A stretch of 64,000 nt of DNA from Octopus sinensis (GCF_006345805.1 NC_043005.1:3658001-3722000), one strand, 5' to 3'. Positions 23,571-37,842 are shown, counted from the stretch's first letter. The notes: generated by a model not told the origin, from the letters alone. Numbers and translations are program-made.

Positions 23571-26500
23571 ATAATAGTTTATAGTGTACAAATTATGTAC
23601 AGAGGCTGTGTGGTTGATGGCTTTTCAGAAATGCAAGTAGGCATGTAGTCACTACAATCAATGTGGAATGTTCACAACTATCATCATTATTTAAATATCC
23701 ATCTTCCATTTTAGCATCTGAAGGTTTCAAGGATTACATCATGCTTGAAGATCTACTTCAGCATGGTTTCTAGAGATGTCCCTACTAACACCAACCCCTT
23801 TACAGATTGTACTGCATACATATTTTTCCATGGCCCCAGCACTAGTGAGGCCACATTGTAGCTTGCAAGACAACGGTTCTCGAGGTACCTTTATATAGGA
23901 AGATGACAGGTTGATGTACAATGGAAGGGGGCCCAGAACAGAACAGGTTTTTGCTGTAGGGGAGCTTCATAGATATTCACATTATAGAAGTGTGGGTGAG
24001 AGTAATTAGGGTAGAACCAGAAAAAAAAAAGATAGAACAAGGGTTATGATGTGTCAAGGCAGATCCTCAAAGTACAAGAAGGTGAATAGTTGTAGGAACT
24101 GAAGAACAAGAAGTATGGATGAATAGAGGAGGCATAAACATGTACACTAACACATATCATTCTTCAGGCTACACTAAAAAATGCACTCCAGGACTGAAGT
24201 CTATGGGTTAACCATTAAGCAGAATAAGCATGTGCTTAGAGTATCAAGGGAAGAAGGGGGGGGGGCACCACAGAAATAGTAAATGGTTTACAGCACAAAA
24301 GAAATCACTTTAAACTTGCTAAAATAATATCCAAAGTGGTTTGTATTATTGGAAATATAATTTCAAAATGTTCATGGTGCCATAGTAAAGAGTTTGCAAT
24401 GCAAGAAAGCAGAAGAAAACTTTTCAAATTTGAATAAAGTGGAAGTAGATACAAAATAGACATTATTTTCCATCGAACTGTTTTGTCTTGTTTCATTTTG
24501 AAAAATAAACATTTATTTTATGGTTTATTATCTCTAATAATAATAAATCCCAAAACGAATGTGTGTGTGTGTGTCAGTGTTTCACACTTTGACCCCCTCT
24601 CTCACTATTCAATGACACTTCAACTATTCCTCCTGCTGGGATGAGAGTAATAGTAGGCATAGAGATGGTGAGGATGGTAGTAGATTGACGGTTGTGATGG
24701 TAATGGGGGGTGATAGTAATAGTATGAACTGTAGTTGTGGTAGAGGTTGAGGCGATGATGGTGGTGGTAGCCAAGGCGGTCAGGGATGATGGTAATAGTA
24801 AGTGATGTGAAAGACAGTGGTGATGGTGGTGGAGGGAAAGGTGACAAAGTCAAAGGTATTGATGATGGTGGTGTCAGAAGTCTGGTGTATGTATGGCAGT
24901 TGTGGTGGTCATGGTTGGAAACAATCAATAGAAAAAGAGAGAAAGAAAGTAAAAGGTTAAACAGAAAAAAAATTGTAATGCTTATCATGCAGCGAAAATT
25001 GTTGATTGCTTGAAAAATATTGAAGTTTATTAAAATTTAATATGTACTCAATGCATGAAGTGTCATTGTTGGGTCCAAAGCCCAATGAAGAGCCCTCCAC
25101 CACAGGAGCCAGCTTAAAAGCCACCCAAATAGGGCAGCTTTTAAGCTAGTTGTTTATATATCTCTTTATTGCCCACAGGGGGCTAAACATAGTGGGAACA
25201 AACAAGAACAATGGGATTAAGTCGATTACATCGACCCTGGTGTGTAATTGGTACTTATTTAATCAACCCCAAAAGAGTGAAAGGTTAAGTTGACCTCAGT
25301 GGAATTTGAACTCAGAACGTAAAGACAGACAAAATACTGCTAAGCATTTCGCCCGATGTGCTTACGTTTCTGCCAGCTCACCACCTTTAGTTGTTTATAT
25401 ATTGAATTATACATAGGGGGGGGGGGGCAAAATCTTTTAAGCACTTAGGACCTCATGGGTCTTAATCCAACCCTGAATCTACAAGAATACGGTATAAAGC
25501 AAACATTATTATATCAAAATGAACATATATCACCAGCTCACATACTGGTATTCACCTCCATCTTTACCTTTCTAGGTAGTCTAGTGGTGGTCTACCCTTA
25601 GGCAGGTCCAATGCATGTAAATCTTCTCCAGCACTCTCTCAATATGACCTTGGAGGGACCATGTCCTCCTTTGCCTCTCTTAAGCAGACTACTGGACCTA
25701 CAGCCATCCTAGATTTAGGATGAATACTGGAATGATTTCCTGTTGCTTTCTCCGGGCAGGTGGGATTTGAACTCAGAATAGAGAGAGCTGAAAGATATAC
25801 TGTAAAACTGTTAATGAGCTAACCACTCTACTGCTCTCCCACCCACCACAGCAATGAAGTGAAATGAAGTGTTTTGCTTAAAAGCACGGCACAATGCTTA
25901 GTTCAGGAATGAAACCCACAATTTAGCAATCGTGAGAGCAACATCCTAACCACTAGGCCTCAAGCTCTATCCCGATTACTCCCACTTGATCTTATGAAAA
26001 GCCAATGTTGTTATGTGTCTCCTCTACAACAAACTTGTTCCCATCCCTTCCATCGTATTTTCAGTCCTCTAAACCTAGTACAAAGCTATCTCACTCTCTA
26101 TTATACTCCCAACCAGTGAAGAGGAGTCCTTTTGTCTTATGAGTTACATAATGGCCTCTCTTGTGCTTGTCCTGTGGAAGAAAGCATCCATCGAGTATAT
26201 TGTGTGAAGTGGCTGATGTTAGGAATGACATCCACTTATAGAAACCAGGCCAAAAGTGAGACACGAACAAGATGTGGTCTTCAGATTCGTTGCATCCTGC
26301 CAAACGCTCCAACCCATGTCCGTACGAAAGACAAAGATTAAATGATGACACAGTGCATTTCTTCAAACTAACACATTGTAAATAACCAAACAAATATATT
26401 GAAATAACACATAATAAACACATGGAGTGGTGAGTTGTGTTGACGTAGGAGGAGTGACAAAGTCCTATAGATTCTATGGTGTCAGATATTTCTCTTGTGA

Positions 26501-26879
26501 TTGGCTAATGATGTGGTGCTACATTGATCCAACAACCTGTGCAACACACACACAGCCATCGTGGGATTTGAACTCAATGTAAAAGAGCTAGAACAAACAT
26601 TGCAACACACTTCATCCAACACCTCTAGCGACTGTGCCAATCCACTGCCGAGATTGTGTAACAACTGCTTCTGGTTTAGGCAACGCAAGGCCAGCAATTC
26701 TGACGGAGGTGGCAGCGATTTAGTGGATGCCATCGACCTCAGCACTTGACTAAAATTTTATCGACCCCAAAAGATGAAAGACTAAATTGATTTCGAATGA
26801 TTTGAACTCAGAACGTAACGAGCCGGAGAAATACCACAACGCATTTTTGCCGACGCTCTAATCATTTAAGTAACCTACC

Positions 26880-27215
26880 TTTAACAATAATGTTTGCTTT
26901 ATTAACCACGAAGAGTTCGCGAAAAACGTTGTGGACGGTACAGGACAGTACAATGTGGGGTCACGGTACAGGACAGTACAATGTGGGGTTACATAAAAGG
27001 CATGTTAACAGTGAATAATTCCCCCAAAGAGGAAGAGTTTCTAAGGCTGCTCACAGAAACCGCACAAAATCACAGAGGCCCTGACCGTTGGGGCAAGTAC
27101 TCTCTCTACATCGTCTACAATCATTAGGACCATTCTTGCTCCATTCACTCTTCTTTCAACAAAATTGCTGGGACACAGCACTTCCCTCTCCTTCACGTGA
27201 AATGACAATATCTTA
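26880..27215 (-). mobile_element. Possible Tx1/L1-type LINE 3' end
   Basis: Minus-strand FHVKEREVLCPSNFVERRVNGARMV resembles recalled Tx1-type C-termini. It is followed by a UTR with AATAAA. Confidence 0.35.
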
Positions 27216-27936
27216 TTAATCATAAGGAGTTACAAAAGGTGAGGTGGTATCGTCAGGACAGTTAATATCATCGGTGTTTATTTTTATTAAAAGTTAGACA
27301 AAACGAATGGTCGTATTATATTCATTCAATCCCAACACGAAACAAAATACGGTAACGCATTTAGTTCGCTGCTGTTGTGTCTCAATTACCGTCCTTGTTT
27401 ACGTAACAACAACAACAACAACAAGCAGGTGTGACGAAGGAAGAATGAAGGCCAATAACCTAGGCTTTGGCGTAGTTACTGGTTTCTGTGTATGAGAGAG
27501 AGCTTATATGCGTGTCTGTGTGTAAGAGTGCATGCGTGTGATTGTGCGTTTTTTATCTGTGTGTGTGTGTGAGATAGATAGATAGATAGAAAAATAGATA
27601 GATAGATAGAGATAGATAGATGGATGGGTGGGATTTGGATGGAGAGAGAGAGAGAGAGAGAGAAGGGTAGAAGGAAGATATATTGCAGGGAGATTTGTTA
27701 CGTCCCACCAAATTCTCTTTAGCCCTAGGTCAGGCGAAAAAACCAGCTGCAACCGAACACCATTTGTCAGTGAACCAGGTGACAGCAACACGGGAGTTAT
27801 TTACATTGAGAGATGAAGGGATGGAAGAGGAAACGGAGAGGGAGTGAGGAAGCGTGTGTGTGTGAGTGGGAAAGAAGAAGTGAGGAGACAGAGCGAAAGA
27901 GTGAGATGGAGAGGGAGGGTAAAAAGACCTCGTGTT

Positions 27937-27971
<35 letters not shown>

Positions 27972-30649
27972 CGAGAAAGAGTTTGTATGTCAGACAGAGA
28001 GAGAAGGGGGTGAGAAAGACTGAGACAAAGAGAGAGGGGGAAGAGGACAGTGAGAAAGAGTGAGTATGTCTGAGAGAGAAAGAGAGGAGACAAAGCGTGT
28101 GTGTGTGTGTGTTTGTTTTAGTTGACAAAGAGAGGGAGAGAGAGAGAGAGATATATTATACAAGCAACCCAGTTTCTAACATTAGACGGCGATAGAGAGA
28201 TTTTTTTTAAAAAAGAATTCTCAACTAACAGAAATCTAGAAAAAGACGAAAGTAAAAGTTGTAATACATACATAAGTAAATAATATTCAAAAACGGCACC
28301 ACCCCAAAAACTAGAGAGAGAGAGCAATGCGACGAATATCTGTTGCTGTCACAAGGTCATAAAAATAAGAGAGAAAAGTAGATTGTTTGAAATTTTAATA
28401 TATCTGTGATACGGATTTATTTTCTCGATACGGAAGGAGCAAACCGCTACCAAATTTGAACACGGGATTGAAAAAGGTTGAAACAAGTCTGCGAGGTAAT
28501 TTGCTGGGAATTTATTTATCAATAAGGAGATAATCCACAATGCTAATACATTAAGAGTTTACGGGGAAAACATATTTGTGACGCCAGCAGCGGACTATAA
28601 GCGTACGAAAAAAAATAAAGAGTACGCTATACGAAGGAAACACTACGAATTTTGTTACACAGAAATGCGCGAGTGAATATAATATGTTAGTGCGCGCGGG
28701 CGTGCATTATGGATGTGTATGTCCGTTTGTGTTTAATGTTACGTATAAATATATCCTTTTCACGTCTGCTTTCCGTGCTGGCATGGACTGGACGTTTTGA
28801 CAAGATCCAACAAGTTGAAGGACCACGTCTTGTTCCAGTATCTGTTTTTTTACATGGTTTCTACGACTAGATGCACTTCCTAATGACAATCTCTTTTATT
28901 TGTAAAAAGAGGAAATAATCTCAATAATTCTCTGAAATTAACATTTCACTAAGGAAAAGACAGACAGATTGCATGGGTACAAGTTGACAGCAGTGATATA
29001 TGTTTCAGCCTCAATAAGTGTCATCAGCACAGCAGTTGTCCGACTTTGACCCCCAGCAGAATTAGTCACTTAGTCATCATCCTTATCATCATCATCATTT
29101 AATATCCATTTTCCATGCTAGCATGGGTTGGGCAGTTTGACAGGAACTGGCAAGACTGGGGCTACATCAAGCTCCATTGACTGTTTTGGCATGGTATCTA
29201 CAGCTGGATGACCTTCCTATTAGTAAACACTTTACAGAGTGGACTGGGTGCTTTTTACATGGTGCCAGTACCAACAGAGTCACAAAGTACCTTGCAAGAC
29301 AAAAACTCCTCAAGTGGGAGTGGGGAACAGTACTGAGTGGGACAGTTTTGTGTCAGTTGAGAGATTAAAAGTATGGAGGGATATATACACACACAAAGAA
29401 AAGGGACATTTATAGCTTGGGTTATTTACATAAATGAAATGCAAACAACCTAGGAAAAATAACACATAGTAACCATCTATTTCAACAACAAAGATGAATA
29501 ATGCTATATTAAATACCAAAATTATCTCTGGGAGAGAGAGACCAATCACAGATTGAGACTACTTAACACAGTCCCTGGTGTTTGTTCCTTCTCTAGCCAT
29601 GGCTGGCTCATAAGGGTCAGTTTCCTGGTTTCCTAATTATTCTCTCATCATCTTTTCTACACACCAGGCAGTGCCATTGTTGTCCTGGAAGCATTGTTTA
29701 CATCTATATACGCACACAACTGTGTCCCACCACAATCTACCTTTGTCAAGCCTTCTCCACTCCCTCATCTTCCTTGTTTCCCATCCCTCCATCAGTCTTC
29801 TAATCATGGCAATATTCAGTCAATGTAATTTTATGAGAGCAGATCTACTTGTTTCTTCCCCCTTTTGTGCTACCAGCTATCCCTCTTCTTGAACCACTTC
29901 CCCTTCTCACACACCCCATTTCCCCTTTATTTTCCACTAGTTACCCATTCTGTGACATTGATGAACTTTGCCTTTCCCATGAGTTACATCTTATTACTGC
30001 CATACATCATTTCTATTCTCTCACATTTTGCTACTGAAGGCCACCCACCCTTCATTTACCTCTCTTTATTTCTCTACTTATCACCCAATGTCTCCTTTTT
30101 CCTGAGCCACTTCTATTTCTTATCGCTTTCTTCAAAAACTCCTATTTACCATCAACCACTTCTGCTCTTAACCATTCACTACAAACACATCCTCCCCCAT
30201 CTCTAGCTATATTTGCTCTCCTCTCACACTTTCACAAACTTACCCATCCATCCTTCTTTATTTTCTGATTCCTTGTCACTGCCATCTTGTCTAAACTTTC
30301 TGACACTCTCAGCCACCCTTCTATAATGTGAGGCGGCCATGACTCCCCTCTACTGCAACACATCTCTTCCTGCCCCTCTATCACTGAGTATAAAGCCACC
30401 TCCTTCTCTACTAAACTCCCACTCAGTCATGGCTTGTTTTGTATTGCAAAGTACTTAGCAACCTCTCTAGTGCTGGTGCCCTGAAAAAATCAAAGCATAT
30501 ACTCTGTAAAATGGTTGATGTTAGGAAGAACCTTCAACCAAAGCAGACATTGGAGATTGGTACAGTCTCTGGGATTGTCAGATCCTGTCAAACAATGGGT
30601 AACAAAAGGTGTAGAGGTATCATAGGCTGGCCTATACAGAAGGCAGAAT

Positions 30650-31030
30650 ATCATATGCAGTAGGTGGATTAGGGCAATAAACTTTTAAGACCACATTGGA
30701 AAGAAATCCTCTCAAATGCCCAGATGAGTCCCTTGTTAGCTTTTGTTACCTAGATGGCCAAACTTAGCAGTGAGAGTTCTGAAAGTGTGCTAGCCAGAAT
30801 AACAACAGGTTGGAGAATGTTCATGGAGCTGTTCTGTTTGCAACAAAGAGCTTTTCCCTCAGTCAAGAGCAGATTGTATTACGTTTATGTGTGGAGTGGA
30901 CAGCTGCATGGCAACTAGATGTTGGCCTTCAGTGGAGATGTGGAGGCTAAAAGGAAATGAGGTGAGCATGCTTCATGAAATGTGCCATGCTAGTGTGTGT
31001 GTGTGTGTGTGAATGACAAAGTATAAATGA
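30650..31030 (+). mobile_element. Degraded RTE ORF2 fragment
   Basis: ESVLARITTGWRMFMEL-like segment, parallel to the 35760-35900 region. Confidence 0.5.
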
Positions 31031-32560
31031 AGAGAGAAGCAAACTGGGTATAAGAGGGGAGAGGGGAGACTGTGATGGTGCAGGTGTGTGATGTGGTTGT
31101 GATGTAAGCAAATAGGAGGCACTGAAACTGAACAGAACTTATGAAAGAGGGGACTGAGGAAGATCTAGAATAAAGCAATGAAAATGACCAAGATGTTGCA
31201 TCTGATGAAGGGGATGATGGAAAACTGTGTCAAATGCTGTTGTCATGCTGCAGAAAACCAGACCTCCCGTGTAATGCCTGTGCTCCTCAATTCTTCTTGC
31301 TTTGTGGTGCATGCATCCTATCACTCTTTGTATTGCTCACTCTATACCCTCAAGTCTACACACACCATTCTCCAACCGCTGTGCCTATTCTGTGCCCTTT
31401 CATCTCCCTAATCATCTCTTCTACTCACCATGTCACCTCTGATATACTTGATATGTACATTTTGAATATCTTCCTTCCCCATATTTCCACCATTTATATT
31501 TTGCTACCATTTTTTCTTTCCATTCCAGATTATGATACTTGAGTCGAAAGAGACTGCACTCTGGCAAACTTCACTCATTGTCCCTGATTTCTTTGTCAGC
31601 ACAGTCTCTTGGGCATGTGACCTTGAGGATATGCCCTGACCTCACCATCATCATTATATCTCTCCTCAACGCATCACTCTGTCCACCCATATGTAATGTA
31701 AGGTAGCACCTCATCACCTTCTGTTCAACCCTCCCCCACTGTTCTTTCACTCTGTGACTCTCATTCTCTCATTAACCTTACCCTTCTGTTACCCCTTGCC
31801 CTAGTCTCTCCCCTACCATCCATTCAACAATAGATCTGTGTAACTCCAATAAGGACTGTTTTCGACCCTGGTGAACCACCCAGCTCATTCTGGTATCAGA
31901 GACAGACTGACCCACCCAATCACTGGGTCCACCTACTCAACTCACCCCATTGCCATGACTACCTTGTTTCTCTCCTTCACACTAATCCCTGACAATAATC
32001 TTCCCCTCTTCCTCTTCTCTGTCTCCATTACTCCAACACCATTGCTTCTTTTATTCTCTCCATTACCATCCTCTGGTAGTATATTTCTCCTGTCCACCAT
32101 GAGGGCTTTCTTTCACTTTGTAAGCTGAGGTGCAAGGCAACCCCTAACTGTGGCTAGTGCCACAGGATGCACTCAGTACTCTCTGTAAATTGTTGGTAAT
32201 CAGTTCAAGCAATGACAATGCAAAGCTTGAGAAGGCTCTTTAGTCTTGCTGATGGGCAAAGCAACCTCTATAAGGTTGGTGCCATGAAAAAATGTACACA
32301 GCACACTATACAAAATGGTTGGTGTTCTGTTGGGAAGGGCATCCAGCTGCTGAAATGAAGCCAAAAATGAGATATTGGAGCAAAACATTGTCTTTCAAGC
32401 CCTTGAATCCTGTTGAACACTGCCTTACTTTTGTCAACATGGAAAAGAGATGTAAAATGGTGTGTGTGTGCAAATAATGTCTATCTTAATATACCCTCCT
32501 GTGAAAGTTCATTGGGTCATGATTAGGTCACGTTTTGTTTCACCATAGCCCACTCAAGTA

Positions 32561-32982
32561 AGGTGGTGAGCTGGCAGATTCGTTAGCGCATCAGGCGAAA
32601 TGCTTAGCGGTATTTCGTCTGCCGCTACGTTCTGAGTTCAAATTCTGCCAAGGTTGACTTTGCCTTTCATCCTTTCGGGGTCAATTAAATAAGTACCAGT
32701 TATGCACTGAGGTTGATATAATCGACTTAATCCGTTTGTCTGTCCTTGTTTGTCCTCTCTGTGTTTAGTCCCTTGTGGGTAGTAAAGAAATAGGTATTTC
32801 ATCTGCCGTTACGTTTTGAGTTCAAATTCCGCCAAGGTCGACTTTGCCTTTCATTCTTTTGGGGTCGATTAAATAAATACTAGTTACGCACTGGGGTCGA
32901 TATAATTGACTTAATTCGTTTGTCTGTCCTTGTTTGTCCCCTTCTGTGTTTAGCCTCTTGTGGGTAGTAAAGAAATAGGTAT
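32561..32982 (+). mobile_element. SINE family A tandem dimer
   Basis: Two head-to-tail units joined at AAAGAAATA-GGTAT-TTC (32793-32797). Confidence 0.88.
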
Positions 32983-33689
32983 GAATTGTTGTTGACTAAA
33001 ACACATCCATGTGAAGCAGTATTCTCAAGTATCCCGTGGAGGAATTTGTCCAGGTACCATTTTGAAGGATTTGATTGGGGATAATGTTAAAGCCTATATT
33101 AAGCAAGTTGAGGTAAAATAGTTGTCCCAATGTGCTTATATGCTGTGAGTCTGATTTGTGTGTGGGGTGCATGACATTGGGTTCGAGGCTTGAGTGATTT
33201 TTAAACTTGATGGTAAAATCATTTGGTTGATACTGTCAGTTGGTATTTTCCCCCCTTTATTGTGCAGATGATGTTGTGCTCATGGTAGTGATGAAAGGAA
33301 CAAAGTTTGAGATTTTGAAATGGCTCCTGTAATCAAATCCTATTATACCATTTAATGCTTTTGTTACTGCCCTTCACAGTGGCTCATCATCATTGGCGTT
33401 TAACATCTGCTTTCCATGCTACCATGGGTTGGACATTTTGACTGTGGGGTCGCGAACCAGAGTTGCACCAGGCTCCAGTCTTGATCTGGCAGAGTTTCTA
33501 CAGCTGGATACCTTTCCTAATGCCAACCACTCCGAGAGTGTAGTGGGTGCTTTTACGTACCACCGGTACGGGGCCCAGTCAGGCAGTACTGGCAACGACC
33601 TTGTTCGAATTTTTTTACACATGCCACCGGCACAGGTGCCAGTAAGGCGATGCTGGTAACGATCCTGCTCGAATGCTCAATTCTCACAA

Positions 33690-34315
33690 TATTATACTTA
33701 ATATGTAGAGTAACAATATCCTAGGTTTGTCCGTATAAAGGAAGAGAAAAGATGAAATTGGAAAGTTCTGAGAATCCAGGAGCTCATCTTGTGAGCCATA
33801 TAACTTTGTTGTTATGTGGCTACTCTAGATTCCCGGAGCTATTTTGTCTCAAGGAAAGAGAATATGGTTGTTTATTCTTTTCCAAAGTGCACAGGTTCAG
33901 TTTTTGCTTCATTTAGCAAAATATTTTCCCTACCGTTTGGCAAACAGACTGGAACTGGTCATTCTCTCTCTTTGTAACTTTCTCAAGTTTCATCATCCAT
34001 GAAACTTTTTATTCTGTTGTCTGACGACATTTCTGATATTGTTTATGTATTCTATAAAGAATACTGGTCCCAACTGGCCCTTGTGGTACACTACTGATGA
34101 CTTTTGCTGGGCTTGAGCAGATTTCATCAATCAAAACATGTTGGGCTCTGCATACCAGGAAACGTGTGATACAGTGCAACAGTTTTCTCCAGGCTCCAAC
34201 ATTTGACAGTTTTAATATCAGAATGTTGTGGCTGATTCTGTCAAAGACCTTGCTCAAGTCAAGATATATGCTTGTGTTTAAACCTTCTCCTGATAGTTAT
34301 AAAATGTCGTTAAAG
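33690..34315 (-). mobile_element. Degenerate CR1/L2-type LINE RT fragment
   Basis: Minus-strand SKVFDRISHNILILKL...VISSVPQG matches RT motifs DxSKAFD and GVPQG. Confidence 0.75.
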
Positions 34316-34336
34316 TGATGTAGGAACTGTGTTGTA

Positions 34337-34575
34337 GAGGCACCTGGCCTAGTGAGAGCAGCGGACTTGTGGTCGAGGGATCACAGGTTCGAATCTCAGA
34401 CTGGGTGATCTCTGTGTTTATGAGCGAAACACCTAAGCTCCCCGTGGGTCCGGCAGAAGGTAATGGCGAACTTCTGCTGACTCTTTCACCACAACTTCCT
34501 CTCACTCTTTCCTCCTGCATCTAACAGCTCACTTACGACAGACTGGCGTCCCATCCAGGTGGGGAACCTATATGC
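34337..34575 (+). mobile_element. tRNA-derived SINE 5' part (distinct head)
   Basis: TGGCCTAGTG...GGTTCGAATCTC A/B boxes, then GAGCGAAACACCTAAGCTCC and CTCTTTCACCACAACTTCCTCTCACTC. Confidence 0.6.
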
Positions 34576-34663
34576 CAATGAAATGCTACTTTATATAAGA
34601 GTTCGGCTAGTCCATTCTTCCAATCCCACAGAGGTGTCAATGACTATCACAACATGATACATC

Positions 34664-34701
<38 letters not shown>

Positions 34702-34779
34702 TGATTATCAACCTAAGTGTGTGTGCATGTGTGAGGTTTGCAATGTTCTCCAGTGTGAAGTTGAGAGGTATGAAGGGTT

Positions 34780-36130
34780 CCAGAGTGTGAGGCAGCATAT
34801 CGGAGAGAATCCAAACATTGTGGCTGAGAAGGGTCTATGAATGAACAATGGTAACTTGCACTTAATGATTCTAAAAATAAAGAGGCTTGGAAGTGCTACT
34901 ATGAAAGACTATTAAAAAGTGGAGAATGCATGGGAAAAGAGAGTTTTCCCAATGAAGACGCAACAGAAGGACCAGCCATTCGGGTAGACAGCAGTGTGGT
35001 AAAGAAATTAAGGATATCGATGCAAGGAAAGCCCCTGGACCATTAGGAATTACTGCTGAGTTGTAAATGAGATGAGGTGCAGTTTGGTTTTAAACCAGGA
35101 AGAAGTATTACTGATGCCCTTCTCCTGTAGAAGTATTTAGCTAAAAGCAGCTGTACTTAGCACTTGCCAACCTGTAGAAAGTCTTCAACAGGTGACTTTT
35201 GAGAGCCATTTACAGAGGAACAGTCAATAAAATGAGAGTTAGCGACAAATACTGCATCATATTTGGTGTGCATGTAGGGGGGGGGTCATCAAGGTTCAGT
35301 TCTCAGTCCTCTTCTACTTATCGTAACCTTCCAGGCTTTAATAGAGGAGTTTGACACCGAATACCCATGAGAACTCCTATATGCTCATAACCTTATTCTT
35401 ATTGCTGAATCTATAGAAAAATTAGAAAAAAGAAATTTCAGGTGTGAAAGGAAAACCTGGAGCCAAAAGATCTTAAAGTTAATTTAGCAAAGACCAAAGC
35501 TTTAGGAAGTAGAAAAACAGACAACGCAATTCCATCAGGGAAATGGCTTTTCTCAATATGTAGGAAAGAAATAAAAATTCCATACAGTGTACCTAGTAAA
35601 AGACAAAAGGTGCAGAGGAATTACATGAAAGTAGACTTAGTATGTGGTATAAATGCAGGTATAATAAGCACTAAGAGTGCATCAGGAGGATTTTCTCATA
35701 TGTCCAGGAGGATCCCCAGAGATAGATAAATTCTGTTGCCGAGACGATCAAATTCCCAATGGAGGAGGACAGTCTGAAAGTAGAGTTATTGACTAAAAGT
35801 AGTATGGAGAAAGTTCAGAGAACTTTTACCACTGTTGGTAATAAAAGGTTTGTCTCTTAAGAGCGAAAGGCTGACAGTATGATGGTTGTGTGCTAAGTGC
35901 AATGCTATGTGGTAATGAGATAGGAGGCTCTGAAGCAGAGGTTTTGTAAAGACCAAAAAGAAAGGAAGCATGCACGATCCGCTGGATGTATAATGCTAGT
36001 GTACATGAATAAAGGAGCAGAGATGAGCTGAGACATATAAAATGGGAATAAAAGGCATCAGATGTGGAGTGCACTGGTATGGCCATATGCCTGGATGAGG
36101 GCACCACTTAATGTGGAAGGAAGATTCAGA
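34780..36130 (+). mobile_element. Heavily degraded RTE LINE ORF2
   Basis: Around 35281-35410: QGSVLSPLLLI..FQALIEEF...ELLYAHNLILIAES (decayed YADD). Downstream ..RIKGIRCGV..HWYGH-like remnants follow. Confidence 0.7.
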
Positions 36131-36544
36131 TGATAGGTGATACATGGCACTCAAAAAGAGCCACTCATTACCATGAGATTGAAGTTCCAGAAATGTATGT
36201 GCATGCTCACAACTGGCCCCATTCCCAATTTATTTCTCTGAAGCCTTCCCCACTGCTTCATTTGCCCTCAAACGACATCCATCCTTCATTAACATTGTCT
36301 CTTCCTACTCATATTTCTACCCTTTCTGTTCTACCAGTTATCTCTCCATTTCCTCTCAACTTCTTATTGACACCTATATCTAATATCTACTACTGCTGCC
36401 CCCCACCACCACCACACTTTCACCCCTATGTACACCTGACCACCTCCACCTTTATCATCACTACATCTCTCACTCTCCCCCACTGCTTTTGTAATCTTTA
36501 CCCACCCACTCCCGTCTCTCACACTTTCCCTATCTATTGTATTC

Positions 36545-36734
36545 TTCTGCTTTTAAATCCGTGGAACAAGCTGCCAGATGAGGTGAAGATGCCGACGACC
36601 GCTTTGTTCAAAGCCTCCCTGGACCTCAAGTGGCCTGAACTCTTTACATGAACACCACCCTGTACTTAACTCCATGTCCCCCTACATGGCCTTGCTATTT
36701 GCTTTTGAGCCAAATTAACTAACTAACTAACTAA
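36545..36734 (+). mobile_element. CR1 3' end with (TAAC)n tail
   Basis: Reads NPWNKLPDEVKMPTTALFKASLD, followed by a short UTR and a TAAC tandem tail. Confidence 0.75.
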
Positions 36735-37030
36735 CTAAATCTTTCTGTATGGTGGAAGACAACAGCATGCAAAGCAGAAAAAAGTGCTTCAAAGACACAC
36801 TGAAAACCTCAGTAAAAAGCTTTTTAAGATCAACTCTGACACCTGGAAAACACAAGCACAAGACCACCCCTACCTGGCGAAGAAGCCCCAATGGAGGTGT
36901 CCTCTTACAAGCAGAACAACATAGCAGGAGCACAAAAAGCACATGACTGTGCAGGGCCAGAGTGAACTCTTTGCCCCTAGTCCCAACAGACCACCAGGGC
37001 CCAACCTGCAAACAAAGCCTTCCTAGCACA
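36735..37030 (+). mobile_element. BovB-like RTE LINE ORF2 C-terminal fragment
   Basis: KKCFKDTLKTS and further frameshifted segments match the recalled RTE/BovB C-terminus (KRFKDTLK...TWE..AQDR.TWR...C..C). Confidence 0.7.
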
Positions 37031-37842
37031 AACTGGACGGATGGGCTACACCGAGTCACACCCTACCCTGTCTCCTCTCATATCATGTCCTTCATCAACA
37101 ACGACAGATGAATTAATCTTTGTCAGTCATCATTTCCTTTCCCCTGAGCTACTTCTACTGACATCCATCACTCTTGTCTCCTTCCCCACCAACAACAAAC
37201 ACCTCCACCCTTATTTACTGTTCACTCTTATCCCTATCTTTAACCACTTCTCATTTCCCCCCTCTCTCACACACACACTCACTTGCAACCTTTACTCATG
37301 CATTCTTTGTGATCTTATGACCCCTACACTTTCTTTTATTCACCTTCTTGTACATTGAGGGTACACTCTGACACCTCATCACCATCTTTATCACTATCTT
37401 CACCTCAATTGCTTCCACCTACCCTTATATAATGTAAAGTAACCATGTTTTTCCTCTACTGCTGTGTCCCTTCTACTCTGTTTAACTTCTCAAACATCCA
37501 ATATAAAGTTACTCCCTCTATACCTTACCCCACACCACTCGATCGAGGGGACTCTTGTGAGTTGCACAGCAACCGCACAAGTGCTACTGCCACGAAAATG
37601 CACCCAGTACACTGTAAAATGGTTGGCAGAGCATCTAACTGTCGAAACCATGCAAACACGGACATTGGAGCACAGAGCTATTCTCTGTATTGCCAGATCC
37701 TGTTAAAAACGTCCTACCCATGTCAGCACAGAAGACGGATATAAAATGATATTGATAGCGATGCGCGTGTGCGTATGTGTATGCACACGCACTCCTTATG
37801 GTACATGTGATTATATATATATATATATATATACATATATAT

